DNA from: a virus
Reading direction: 5' to 3' (one strand)
DNA: 64,000 bases
IMG/VR virus record: IMGVR_UViG_3300036546_000248
The stretch's first letter is position 1. Each line of letters opens with the position of its first letter. The notes under the pieces are model-generated. The model saw only the letters and a program-made list of their open reading frames with translations. It searched no databases and was not told the origin of the DNA. Both the position numbers and the translations under genes were made by a program. Below are positions 9,421 to 17,685 of the stretch, in pieces.

Positions 9421-9595
9421 TATGACTACAGGCAATGAACATTCATTGCTCACGAGGAGGTGATCCACTGAGGGGTCTGGTCCTGCCGAGACGGCACCAT
9501 CCAGCCCAGTACCAGCGCCTGTATAGTGACTGCTGAGAAGCAGCCATGACTTCAGCCTCTAAAGCCCTCACCCGAAGGTGAGGGCTTTATGCTGC
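9421..9595 (+). ncRNA. Candidate structured small RNA / minigene with a perfect anti-16S tail match
   Basis: TATG start motif, nested hairpins, AGGAGGTGATCCA at 9455-9467, 13-codon mini-ORF 9422-9463 and a terminator at 9561-9590. Confidence 0.5.
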
Positions 9596-10063
9596 TTAGG
9601 GCTTTTGGTGACAGAACGAATCGGGCCAATAGTGCAGGACTGCATCCATGGTGGTGGACTTGGCTTTGACTAACGAGATCCCTTCGAAATGCGGGAAGAA
9701 GAGTTTCTCGTAACGGGGGGTACTGACCTCCACTGTAATCGGTCGACAGTCTTCGCTGGCGACGAAGAAGACGATGTCCTGACTGAGCAACGGACTCTCC
9801 AACCACTGCTGAGGGGGCTTTAAACCCCAGCCCACGTAGCGAGTCATCATTGCCTGATACATCTCAGGTGTGATGCCAGAGGTGGCGATTGGGTGAACAA
9901 AATAGTCGGGTGAATTGAAGCCTTCGGGAACTTCGCACATAAACTCAATGTTACCCAACTGAGAACGAGCCAACGCATAAGGGAATGGGGGTGGGGCGTT
10001 CAGTAAAACGGGTTCTGGTGCGGGTTGTAGAAAGTCTACTTTACAACGTACTAACACGTACAT
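9596..10063 (-). CDS. Hypothetical protein
   Basis: 155 aa between an early promoter and a terminator. Confidence 0.65.
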   Translation of the reverse strand: MYVLVRCKVDFLQPAPEPVLLNAPPPFPYALARSQLGNIEFMCEVPEGFNSPDYFVHPIATSGITPEMYQAMMTRYVGWGLKPPQQWLESPLLSQDIVFFVASEDCRPITVEVSTPRYEKLFFPHFEGISLVKAKSTTMDAVLHYWPDSFCHQKP

Positions 10064-10112
10064 GGATGCTTAATCCTCGTTGCGTTTAAACAAGTATGTC
10101 ACTTGCCTATGG

Positions 10113-10120
10113 GTAATATA
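10113..10120 (-). promoter_or_regulatory. phiKZ-type early promoter (TATATTAC)
   Basis: TTTGAAACC-TATATTAC upstream of 10063. Confidence 0.75.
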
Positions 10121-10184
10121 GGTTTCAAATACTTTTTACTGGAAGGGGCATAAAAAACATCAGGTGAGTTACCCCACCTGAGTC

Positions 10185-10643
10185 TTAAAGGATGCGGTTG
10201 TACAGGTAGATGTGGACGGGAAGGTCAATGTCCGTCAATTTCTCATGGAGGAGGGGGCGAAGGAACTTAATGTAATCAAGCCCCCCATAACCACAACCCA
10301 AAGGCGGAAGCCCCAGTTCTGTGATCCCCATCTCTTTATAGTTCGCCACAAGGTAATCCAGCCCCTCGATGACGTACTCTGGTTTAGACGGATTTTTCCA
10401 GTGTGCTTTGGTGGGAAACAATAGGACCTGATGACGTGACTTTGGGATCTTATACAGTTGGGGTTGCCCCACCTTCAATTCACCCTTGTCACACAGATCT
10501 TTGTAGAAGTCGAAGAGCCCCCTCACCCGTTGTTTCATGGCCAATGCCAACCCATTCCCCATCACCCCTACCGTATTAACCGGGGCTGTGATAGTTTGCA
10601 ACCGGGTATCAAACAAGGACCCTTCGCCTTCATACACGATCAT
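10185..10643 (-). CDS. Macro-domain protein (ADP-ribose processing, DarG/TARG1-like)
   Basis: GSLFD, PVNTVGVMGNGLA, LFPTKAHWK and LPPLGCGYGGL motifs. Confidence 0.85.
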   Translation of the reverse strand: MIVYEGEGSLFDTRLQTITAPVNTVGVMGNGLALAMKQRVRGLFDFYKDLCDKGELKVGQPQLYKIPKSRHQVLLFPTKAHWKNPSKPEYVIEGLDYLVANYKEMGITELGLPPLGCGYGGLDYIKFLRPLLHEKLTDIDLPVHIYLYNRIL

Positions 10644-11080
10644 CGCTTCGCGCCTCCTAAACCCACACCAGCGGCGGCCTGTGCCTGCTGGGCTGCCCGA
10701 ATTTGCTTTTGAGTTTCAGCCGTCATGCGAGCCGCTTTCTCAGAAGAGATTCGTAACATCAAAGCACAGTACTCGCGGGGCATGTTGAGGAAGTCCACAA
10801 TAGACACCCCCCACTCTTTATGAACCTCGTACAGATGGTACTGATAAAAGGTTCGGTAAAGCGTCCCGTATTCTGACACATCTTCTTTTGGCTGATACTC
10901 AACCAACGCCAAGGGGTTAGCAGATGGGCTGCCGTGATCACAAATCCCGTACTGGGTTTCGTAGGCATCGCGCATCACCACCTGCGCCGCTATATTGTCC
11001 AACTGCTTTCCTTGTTCAAGGATTTTATCCAGCAAGGTCGGCTTGTTATAAAACCGTGCCCCGAAGCCCGGTAACAACAC
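10640..11080 (-). CDS. Conserved hypothetical protein
   Basis: 146 aa, co-oriented and coupled to the macro-domain gene. The start is uncertain. Confidence 0.6.
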   Translation of the reverse strand: MLLPGFGARFYNKPTLLDKILEQGKQLDNIAAQVVMRDAYETQYGICDHGSPSANPLALVEYQPKEDVSEYGTLYRTFYQYHLYEVHKEWGVSIVDFLNMPREYCALMLRISSEKAARMTAETQKQIRAAQQAQAAAGVGLGGAKR

Positions 11081-11109
11081 GTGGCTGTCTTGGTCTTCGG
11101 GGTTAACGG

Positions 11110-12627
11110 TTAAAGGGAGGACTTTATGAGTACCTTGTAGATGCGTTGGTTGAGCAGGGTAAAAAAAACTTGCGCCACATCAATCGGTACGACGTACGGA
11201 CTGAACTGGGCCTCGTCTTCCTTAACCTGGTTGGCCTTACACACCGGGCACTCGTGCTTGGGCAGACCGATTACCGAAACAGTCACCGAGTTGATGTACT
11301 CACTCACCGCTGCCAAGGTGGTGGTGCGGGTCTCTTCATCGGCAGTCAATACACCCATGAGGTTTTCGATCGTGTCACGGTCAGTGCCGATTTCCGCCTC
11401 TTCGATATGCACTTCCTTCACCCAGTGACCGTACTGACGCAGGTTGGTCAAACGCCCCTGGTTGGTGATGTAGGCATCGCGCTCATCGCCACGGATGTTC
11501 TCACCGAATGCACCTTCCATCACCTTGATGATGTTGGCAATCCAGGCGTTGCCCGAATTGTAGTACTGTTCGATGGTTGGGACCGCCAGAGTGATGGCGA
11601 TTTGGTCGGTGATGGACACCCGACGTTCTTGGTTGTACTTGTGCTCTTCGGCGTAGCGCTTGAGGTCTTCGTCGGACATCCGCGCCTTGCGCTGAGACAT
11701 GCGCTTGGTCTGCCATTCCGACAGCGCCGCACGGTTGGTCCACATCAGCTTGCTGAGATTCAGCAGGGCTTCGAACACATGGTTGCACACCTTCTCGGTG
11801 TTGATACAGCCACGCGAATACGGGTAACCGTTCGGGTAGATGGCCGATGCCAGACCCCAAAGGATCAACGGGATATCGGTCACCAACACAATGCTTTCCA
11901 AGTACTTGGGCGACATTTCTTTAGCGTTGGTGTCGTAGACGTGCTGGAGTGCAAAATCCAGCAGATCGTTGATCAGGTGAACCGCGGTGTTCGAAAACAC
12001 CAGACCGTTGGTCATACGACCCAGCGTCACTTTTGCCGAACCGACACGACGCTCCAGTTCGAGGATCGACGCTTCAGACGGCGCTTTGAAACTGACCCAG
12101 ATACCAGTATGCCACAGCGGTACTTGGTGGATGGTACCCAAACCCAGCGCAGCCGTCATGCGCATGACAGCACGCTCGCCAGTCAGGACAGTACCGGACT
12201 CTGCAAAGCGCGGACGGGAGATGCCCATGGGTTGGCCAGCCGACTCAACGGTCTGTTGCCAGTCACCGCCTTCTTGGTCCAGCGCTGCTTGGAAGGGTTC
12301 GTTGCGCAGCAGGTTGGCAGAACCACGTTCGAGCGATTCAACCCAACGGCGAGTACCAGCATCACCTTCGACCTCGATGTTCGGGTGGTTATCACCGGTC
12401 TCTTTGAGATCGCCCAGTGTCCCGTTGATGAACGTCAGGTGTAGGTTGGGATCGGCGAAGATCGCTTTGGCATCGGCACCGGAGTACGGTTTGTCGATGG
12501 GGTACTGAAGACGAACATTGAGGTTAACCGCTTTCGGGGCGTAGCTACTGGTCGACTTCGAGTTCAGGGTGTTCTCGACACCTTCTTCGGGTGCGTTCTC
12601 GGGTGTTGGCAGTTCGTTCTCAGACAT
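11110..12627 (-). CDS. Putative virion/baseplate assembly protein
   Basis: Start reassigned to ATG 12627 (MSENELP). 505 aa with a C-terminal CPVC and phage-like codon use. The function is inferred only. Confidence 0.55.
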   Translation of the reverse strand: MSENELPTPENAPEEGVENTLNSKSTSSYAPKAVNLNVRLQYPIDKPYSGADAKAIFADPNLHLTFINGTLGDLKETGDNHPNIEVEGDAGTRRWVESLERGSANLLRNEPFQAALDQEGGDWQQTVESAGQPMGISRPRFAESGTVLTGERAVMRMTAALGLGTIHQVPLWHTGIWVSFKAPSEASILELERRVGSAKVTLGRMTNGLVFSNTAVHLINDLLDFALQHVYDTNAKEMSPKYLESIVLVTDIPLILWGLASAIYPNGYPYSRGCINTEKVCNHVFEALLNLSKLMWTNRAALSEWQTKRMSQRKARMSDEDLKRYAEEHKYNQERRVSITDQIAITLAVPTIEQYYNSGNAWIANIIKVMEGAFGENIRGDERDAYITNQGRLTNLRQYGHWVKEVHIEEAEIGTDRDTIENLMGVLTADEETRTTTLAAVSEYINSVTVSVIGLPKHECPVCKANQVKEDEAQFSPYVVPIDVAQVFFTLLNQRIYKVLIKSSL

Positions 12628-12629
12628 TG

Positions 12630-13079
12630 TTACACCTGCGGGTTCTGATTGAGTTGGTTGAAAAGGTCGGTGATCTGCATAGCAGTCGGCACCACGACCA
12701 ATTGATATGACGTGATCCACTGATCATAGGCCTGTGCCACATCCATCAGGAGGGCCAGTTTAGGCAGGTCGACTACGCCACCACGGTGTTGATCGACTGC
12801 AGCGTTCAGTTGATTCAGTCGTGTACTGAAATCCTGAACGTCGCGATTCAGTGTATTGGCCAGTTGCATCAGCGAAGCTTTATCCGCAACGCGTGCCACC
12901 AGTTCCTGATTGCGCAGAAGAGCAACCACCTGTGTGGGCGACTGGTTCAGCTGGAAGCACTGAGCTTGCAAATGGCTCAGATCATTCCAGATGTTTTCGA
13001 AGTCTTTGCGCTCCTGAATCAGCTCTTTAAGACTGTTCGGCCCACGCTTGACGTAGGAAGGGTTGTGCTTACGGGACAT
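12630..13079 (-). CDS. Helical hypothetical protein
   Basis: 149 aa from ATG 13079, coiled-coil-like. Confidence 0.65.
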   Translation of the reverse strand: MSRKHNPSYVKRGPNSLKELIQERKDFENIWNDLSHLQAQCFQLNQSPTQVVALLRNQELVARVADKASLMQLANTLNRDVQDFSTRLNQLNAAVDQHRGGVVDLPKLALLMDVAQAYDQWITSYQLVVVPTAMQITDLFNQLNQNPQV

Positions 13080-13183
13080 AACGTATTCCGCCTTTTGTAA
13101 ATTGATTCGTGGGCTCGGGAACAATTTTCGAGCATGGTCTCGTATAATTTGGGAAGGTCGTATTATTTAACCGGAGGTTCATT

Positions 13184-14038
13184 GTGGTAGAAGAAATTGA
13201 AGAATTCCTGGGTACGGTGATCACACCTGAATTGACTGCAGTGTATGTGGATGCCGTCCAGGTTATTCTGGACTCCGGGATCAGTATGCACATTGTTCAA
13301 CTCGAAGGTCTGATCAGTCAAGAAGGCGAAATTGGTCGCGACCAAGTGGTCAATGAGATCGACACCTACCTTAAAAACTTGTTGGAATCGACCCTCAACC
13401 AATTTGGTGTGTTCTTAAATGAGACCTTTGGTCTTAAACAAGCCACCGCTATTATCCGCAGTATCAACACCTTGGACGACTTTGATGACGTTGAGACCAT
13501 CGAAGCCATCTGCCTGTCCGAAGAATCGCCCGAGGAGCGGCTCGCAGCGCTCGTGGAGCTGACTTCTGAGTTCACCGTGGAAGATCTACTGCTTCATCTC
13601 GATAACGTCAACCCGGCGCTCCTGAAGCGTTTGCTGACCACCGTTCATAAGGTAGACGATGGGTTTGATACCCCCACCGTTCAACGCACTGGAAAAGTGG
13701 TACGTATTAAAAGTTGTACCAGTCAGTTGAAAGACCCGTGGCTGTTGGCCTATGTGGATGCTGGGGGTAAGATCAATCTACCGGTTGCCAGCATGGCCGA
13801 AGCGTTTCGGACGTACTACGAAGAAAAACGTGTCGCCGATCCGATGTTGGATCGCAACGTCTCCGAACTGGCTTTGCAGCTCATGGCCTTTATCTTGGCT
13901 TCTGATGTGGCCGATGCCGACCTACTTCGTGTCAGTGAAGAAGTGGTTGAAGACACCTTCCTTAAGTTGCCCCTGATCATTCGAGTAATGGAACAGGTGC
14001 GCGAAATCCTCTCGGCGGTAACTCATGAACAAGCTTGA
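13184..14038 (+). CDS. Conserved acidic hypothetical protein
   Basis: 284 aa, GGAGG RBS with GTG start, overlaps the start of the vRNAP gene. Confidence 0.7.
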   Translation: MVEEIEEFLGTVITPELTAVYVDAVQVILDSGISMHIVQLEGLISQEGEIGRDQVVNEIDTYLKNLLESTLNQFGVFLNETFGLKQATAIIRSINTLDDFDDVETIEAICLSEESPEERLAALVELTSEFTVEDLLLHLDNVNPALLKRLLTTVHKVDDGFDTPTVQRTGKVVRIKSCTSQLKDPWLLAYVDAGGKINLPVASMAEAFRTYYEEKRVADPMLDRNVSELALQLMAFILASDVADADLLRVSEEVVEDTFLKLPLIIRVMEQVREILSAVTHEQA

Positions 14039-15320
14039 TTACCTTTTTGCAGCGCTTAACGCAGGCGCATATCGCAAGAAATCGTGGGCTCTGTCTGTCT
14101 TCAGTGTGACGCAGGGTCCGGAAGAACGTTACCCCTATGCTCTTCTGCGTACGGAAAAGAACACCGTCTTTGTTGATCCGGAGAACCCTGAGAACCTGAT
14201 CACTATTGATGATGCCCAACCCCAAGAACCCTTATTCCGGTTCACGGATCGAGTGGACATCACTCCCGCCTTGGTACCCAATTGCAAAAAGGCAATGAAC
14301 GTACCGGTTGGAAACGTCTTCTTCAACTTCTATGTCCTGGTCTACGCCTTGGGTGATCGGATCGAGTTCATGACAGGTAAGCTCACGCCTGGCGCTGTAC
14401 AGAACAAGATTCGTCCTTTGATGGCCGACTATCCGGAAAATGGAGAGCGTGATCCTAAACTGATTTATCCAGACGATTACCGCAAGTTCAACAAGGCCAT
14501 CTTTGGTATTTCAGGGTTCACTCAACTGTGTGTGCCTTCGGCCACCAAGCGCATGTTGACCACTCACCCAGATGCTCGTAAGTTGCGAGCAGAACTTCTC
14601 GAGAAGAACAAAGACCGTCTCTGGGACCCGGCCGTCATTGCTAAGATGGAAGCTGAACTCATTGCACTGGATAAAGAATGGATGAAATCTGATCCCGACG
14701 GGGGTGATGGGTTCTTCGTGAAGGAGAATAAATCCTACGGTGTGGTTCGTAAACGCATGCACCTGATGCACGGCGCCGAGATGGGCTTCCAAGACGGCAC
14801 CAAGGCCACGCTGGTGGTCAACAGCCTGAATGAAGGTTGGGATATCGACAAGATGCCTGACATGATCAACTCGCTCCGGGAGGGTTCTTACAACCGCGGT
14901 CGTGATACCGCCTTGGGCGGCGAGGCAGTGAAGTTCTTGGGTCGCGTGTTCCAGAACACCACCATCACTGAACAGGACTGTGGTAGTAAGTTGGGTTGGG
15001 AGAAAGAATTCACCGAACACAACTTCAAAAAGTTCGTAGGCTTTTACCGGGTTACCCCACAAGGCTCTGAAGAAATCACTGAAGACTACGCCAAATCTCA
15101 GATTGGTAAAAAAGTCACAGTGCGCTCACCAATGTTGTGCAAGACGCCTAAGACGGGTTTCTGCCAGCGTTGCATGGGCAATCCCAATGCGATCAACCCG
15201 ACGGCTTTGGGTTTGCTGGCGGCTGACCTAGGGTCGCAGATGATGTATATCTTCATGGGAGCAATGCACGGTAAGGTCCTTTCTGTTGCATCATATGACT
15301 TTAAGAAGAGTATTACTTAA
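14025..15320 (+). CDS. Virion RNA polymerase beta' subunit, middle/C-terminal piece (phiKZ gp80-like)
   Basis: Bridge-helix-like GSYNRGRDTALGG, EQDCGS and RSPMLC...FCQRC zinc site. Confidence 0.85.
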   Translation: MNKLDYLFAALNAGAYRKKSWALSVFSVTQGPEERYPYALLRTEKNTVFVDPENPENLITIDDAQPQEPLFRFTDRVDITPALVPNCKKAMNVPVGNVFFNFYVLVYALGDRIEFMTGKLTPGAVQNKIRPLMADYPENGERDPKLIYPDDYRKFNKAIFGISGFTQLCVPSATKRMLTTHPDARKLRAELLEKNKDRLWDPAVIAKMEAELIALDKEWMKSDPDGGDGFFVKENKSYGVVRKRMHLMHGAEMGFQDGTKATLVVNSLNEGWDIDKMPDMINSLREGSYNRGRDTALGGEAVKFLGRVFQNTTITEQDCGSKLGWEKEFTEHNFKKFVGFYRVTPQGSEEITEDYAKSQIGKKVTVRSPMLCKTPKTGFCQRCMGNPNAINPTALGLLAADLGSQMMYIFMGAMHGKVLSVASYDFKKSIT

Positions 15321-15379
15321 AGCATCTCCCAGTAATAATTGACTTTCTACCGTCATATATATGATTTAACACTCTGTGT

Positions 15380-16207
15380 ATGGTGGTAGAAATGTCAGTA
15401 CGTGAAAAGATCCCTGGTGTGTATATCCAGACGCATCGCGCGTCTGGTGCCTTTTATATCGGCGCAAGTGTAGATGTATATCGAAGTGCAACTGAAGACC
15501 TTCGGCGCTTGCGTAAAGGATTCCACTCATCCAAAGAACTACAAAAGCTCTTTGATGAGAATCCATACATCGATTCTCGGATCATGGGGTGTGGGAGTAT
15601 AGAAGAAGCAGACAACCTTAAGCGAGAGTTGATCGCTAAGGATTTTTCCAATCCCCTCATGCTCAATCAAAATAACCGGCTGAATGTCAGTGCGGTCTAC
15701 AGACTGACACACATACCCACCGGTTACTTCTATATAGGGAGTGCCAATAACTTTACTGAAAGAAGAATAGTACATGAGTACACTTTGAAAAAAGGTGAGC
15801 ACATGTCTCAAAAGTTACAGGAACTCTACAATGAGAATCCAGACCCCAGCGTTCTTAAATGGGACATCATTCTTGCACATCCTCGTTCCCACGCACATGA
15901 GTTGGAGCAAAAGCTGATCAATGATTCTCTTAACGATCCGCTCTTGCTAAATAAATCGACGAACGTAAAGGGTAACAATGTTGCTGCTTCGTTAGAGTTG
16001 CGAGAAAAGCGTAGAGCCGTAGCCAAACAACTCTGGGCTGAAGGACGGATGCGCGACCCTAGTGTCTCAGGAGCAAGTAAAAAGGTGTCAATAGATGGCA
16101 ACATCTATGACAGCGTGGTAGCTGCTTCTAAGCAACTGAATCTCGCTACACATCACATCTATCGTCGGGTTAAGTCTGACGATTGGCCAAGTTATCAATA
16201 CCTTTAA
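15380..16207 (+). CDS. Freestanding homing endonuclease with tandem GIY-YIG domains and a NUMOD1-like tail
   Basis: GVY...FYIGAS and AVY...FYIGSA repeats, each followed by H.S.(E/K)LQ.L(F/Y).ENP. C-terminal KKVSIDGNIYDSVVAASKQL. More AT-rich than its neighbours. Confidence 0.85.
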   Translation: MVVEMSVREKIPGVYIQTHRASGAFYIGASVDVYRSATEDLRRLRKGFHSSKELQKLFDENPYIDSRIMGCGSIEEADNLKRELIAKDFSNPLMLNQNNRLNVSAVYRLTHIPTGYFYIGSANNFTERRIVHEYTLKKGEHMSQKLQELYNENPDPSVLKWDIILAHPRSHAHELEQKLINDSLNDPLLLNKSTNVKGNNVAASLELREKRRAVAKQLWAEGRMRDPSVSGASKKVSIDGNIYDSVVAASKQLNLATHHIYRRVKSDDWPSYQYL

Positions 16208-16220
16208 TTAGGAGCGTTAC

Positions 16221-17084
16221 ATGACCAGTATCAACAAACCGGCTGCCCAGTGGACCGACGAAGAACTGCTGGCGTGGGCTCGTGGTGAAGCCAGCCCCAG
16301 CGGTCAAGCCAGCAATCGTACCGTATCCCGCGAATGCATCGCGCGCTTTGGTTTCGAAAACACCGACGACATCGACAGCGTTAAGGCTTTCGTGATTGCC
16401 AAGTTCGTGGTCGAGGGTGACGAAACGACTGACGAAGAGCCGTCCTTGGAACCGCAGCCCAACGAAGGTGGTGAAGGTAGCGACGAAGCCGGTGACGCCA
16501 CCGAAACTACAGAGACCACAACTCCTGTGGTTGAAGCTGCTCCAACTCCTGTTGCTCCGGCGACTGTAGCACCTGAAGCGCCCGCCGCCGATGAAGAAAG
16601 CGGTGAGCCCGAAATGCCAGAAGAAAACGTTCTGGTCAAACCCACCCCTGTCACTTTCAATCAGGCCAACATGTCTCGCGAAATCATCGAAAACAACCTG
16701 GCGGACTACGCCAAAACCATGGCTCCGAACGTTCCGACTTCGGCCGAAACCGCAGCCACCAAACAACTGATGCTCTACCGCACCATTCAGATCGTGCTGC
16801 GCAGCACCGGTGGCGACTTCACGCAGAACCTGAACCTGCTGCTGGACTTCATCGCCGCGCATCGTCAGACCCTGTTCGCTGAGATTCGTGCGTTCCGCAG
16901 CATGGACATCGTGCGTCTGCCGGCCAACGAGCGCAAGAACTTCGAGCGACTGCTCAACCTGTTTATCGGCACCGCCGTACGTGAAACCCGTGCGCTGGCG
17001 CTGAAGCAGGTTGACCTGACTCGCACCGTCGAAGGTCTGGATGCTGGTGCTCAACAGCGCGTGATCGAGTTCTACTCGATTTAA
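16221..17084 (+). CDS. Conserved phage protein with an acidic/Pro-rich linker
   Basis: 287 aa, AGGAG RBS, strong codon bias, SLE site in the linker. Confidence 0.7.
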   Translation: MTSINKPAAQWTDEELLAWARGEASPSGQASNRTVSRECIARFGFENTDDIDSVKAFVIAKFVVEGDETTDEEPSLEPQPNEGGEGSDEAGDATETTETTTPVVEAAPTPVAPATVAPEAPAADEESGEPEMPEENVLVKPTPVTFNQANMSREIIENNLADYAKTMAPNVPTSAETAATKQLMLYRTIQIVLRSTGGDFTQNLNLLLDFIAAHRQTLFAEIRAFRSMDIVRLPANERKNFERLLNLFIGTAVRETRALALKQVDLTRTVEGLDAGAQQRVIEFYSI

Positions 17085-17142
17085 GCGGCAAAAAAAAAAG
17101 GTACTCTAGGACTCCCTTAGGAGTCCTAGAGCCTTTATGCCG
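17085..17142. terminator. Bidirectional terminator
   Basis: A-run, CTCTAGGACTCC-CTTA-GGAGTCCTAGAG, then TTTATGCCG. Confidence 0.85.
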
Positions 17143-17685
17143 TCAGTGAACCGTCGCTTGTTGAGCTTCGGCGTTAAACGGATACACCACCAGAGTTTCT
17201 TTTACCAAACTGTTCCGATACTGTTGGGTCAGAACAGCCTTGGCATGGGGGTGTAGGTTCGTTCGAGCAATCAAGTCTTCGCACACCGCTTGCGAATAAC
17301 CCACCGAAGCTAATGTGTTGATCATCGTACTGTACTGTCGCTGTTCGTAGTGGGGATCAACCAACTTGGACTTTTGCAATTGCTTACAATACGCCCAGCA
17401 ACACAACGAGGAAAAGAGGAAGATCTCAGGATGTTCTTCCAAAAACATCTTGGCATCCAAAGACCCCATCAATTCCACAGCCAACCCCATAGCCCCGCAG
17501 AGCCACTCCATATCACACTCTTTGATTACCGGATACAGGATTCGGGCATCGTGGAAGGCGAGGGGGTACTTGAGTAACAGTTCTGAGACGTCAAGGACAC
17601 CGGCCATTCGAAGACGTACGGCTTGTCCTTGTTGATTGGGAACGAGGTATTGCGTGACCCGTTGAGGGATTGGTTGTGGTTCCAT
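17143..17685 (-). CDS. Hypothetical protein
   Basis: 180 aa. Its 5' end overlaps the helicase 3' end by 160 nt. Confidence 0.6.
   Translation of the reverse strand: MEPQPIPQRVTQYLVPNQQGQAVRLRMAGVLDVSELLLKYPLAFHDARILYPVIKECDMEWLCGAMGLAVELMGSLDAKMFLEEHPEIFLFSSLCCWAYCKQLQKSKLVDPHYEQRQYSTMINTLASVGYSQAVCEDLIARTNLHPHAKAVLTQQYRNSLVKETLVVYPFNAEAQQATVH

Noticed and set aside
9455..9467. rRNA gene fragment
   Set aside because: The match to the 16S tail is only 13 nt with unrelated flanks, so it is treated as a functional motif instead.
15321..16220. Possible third intron around the GIY-YIG gene
   Set aside because: The flanks are only 59 and 13 nt, with no P7 or core elements, and both neighbouring genes look complete.
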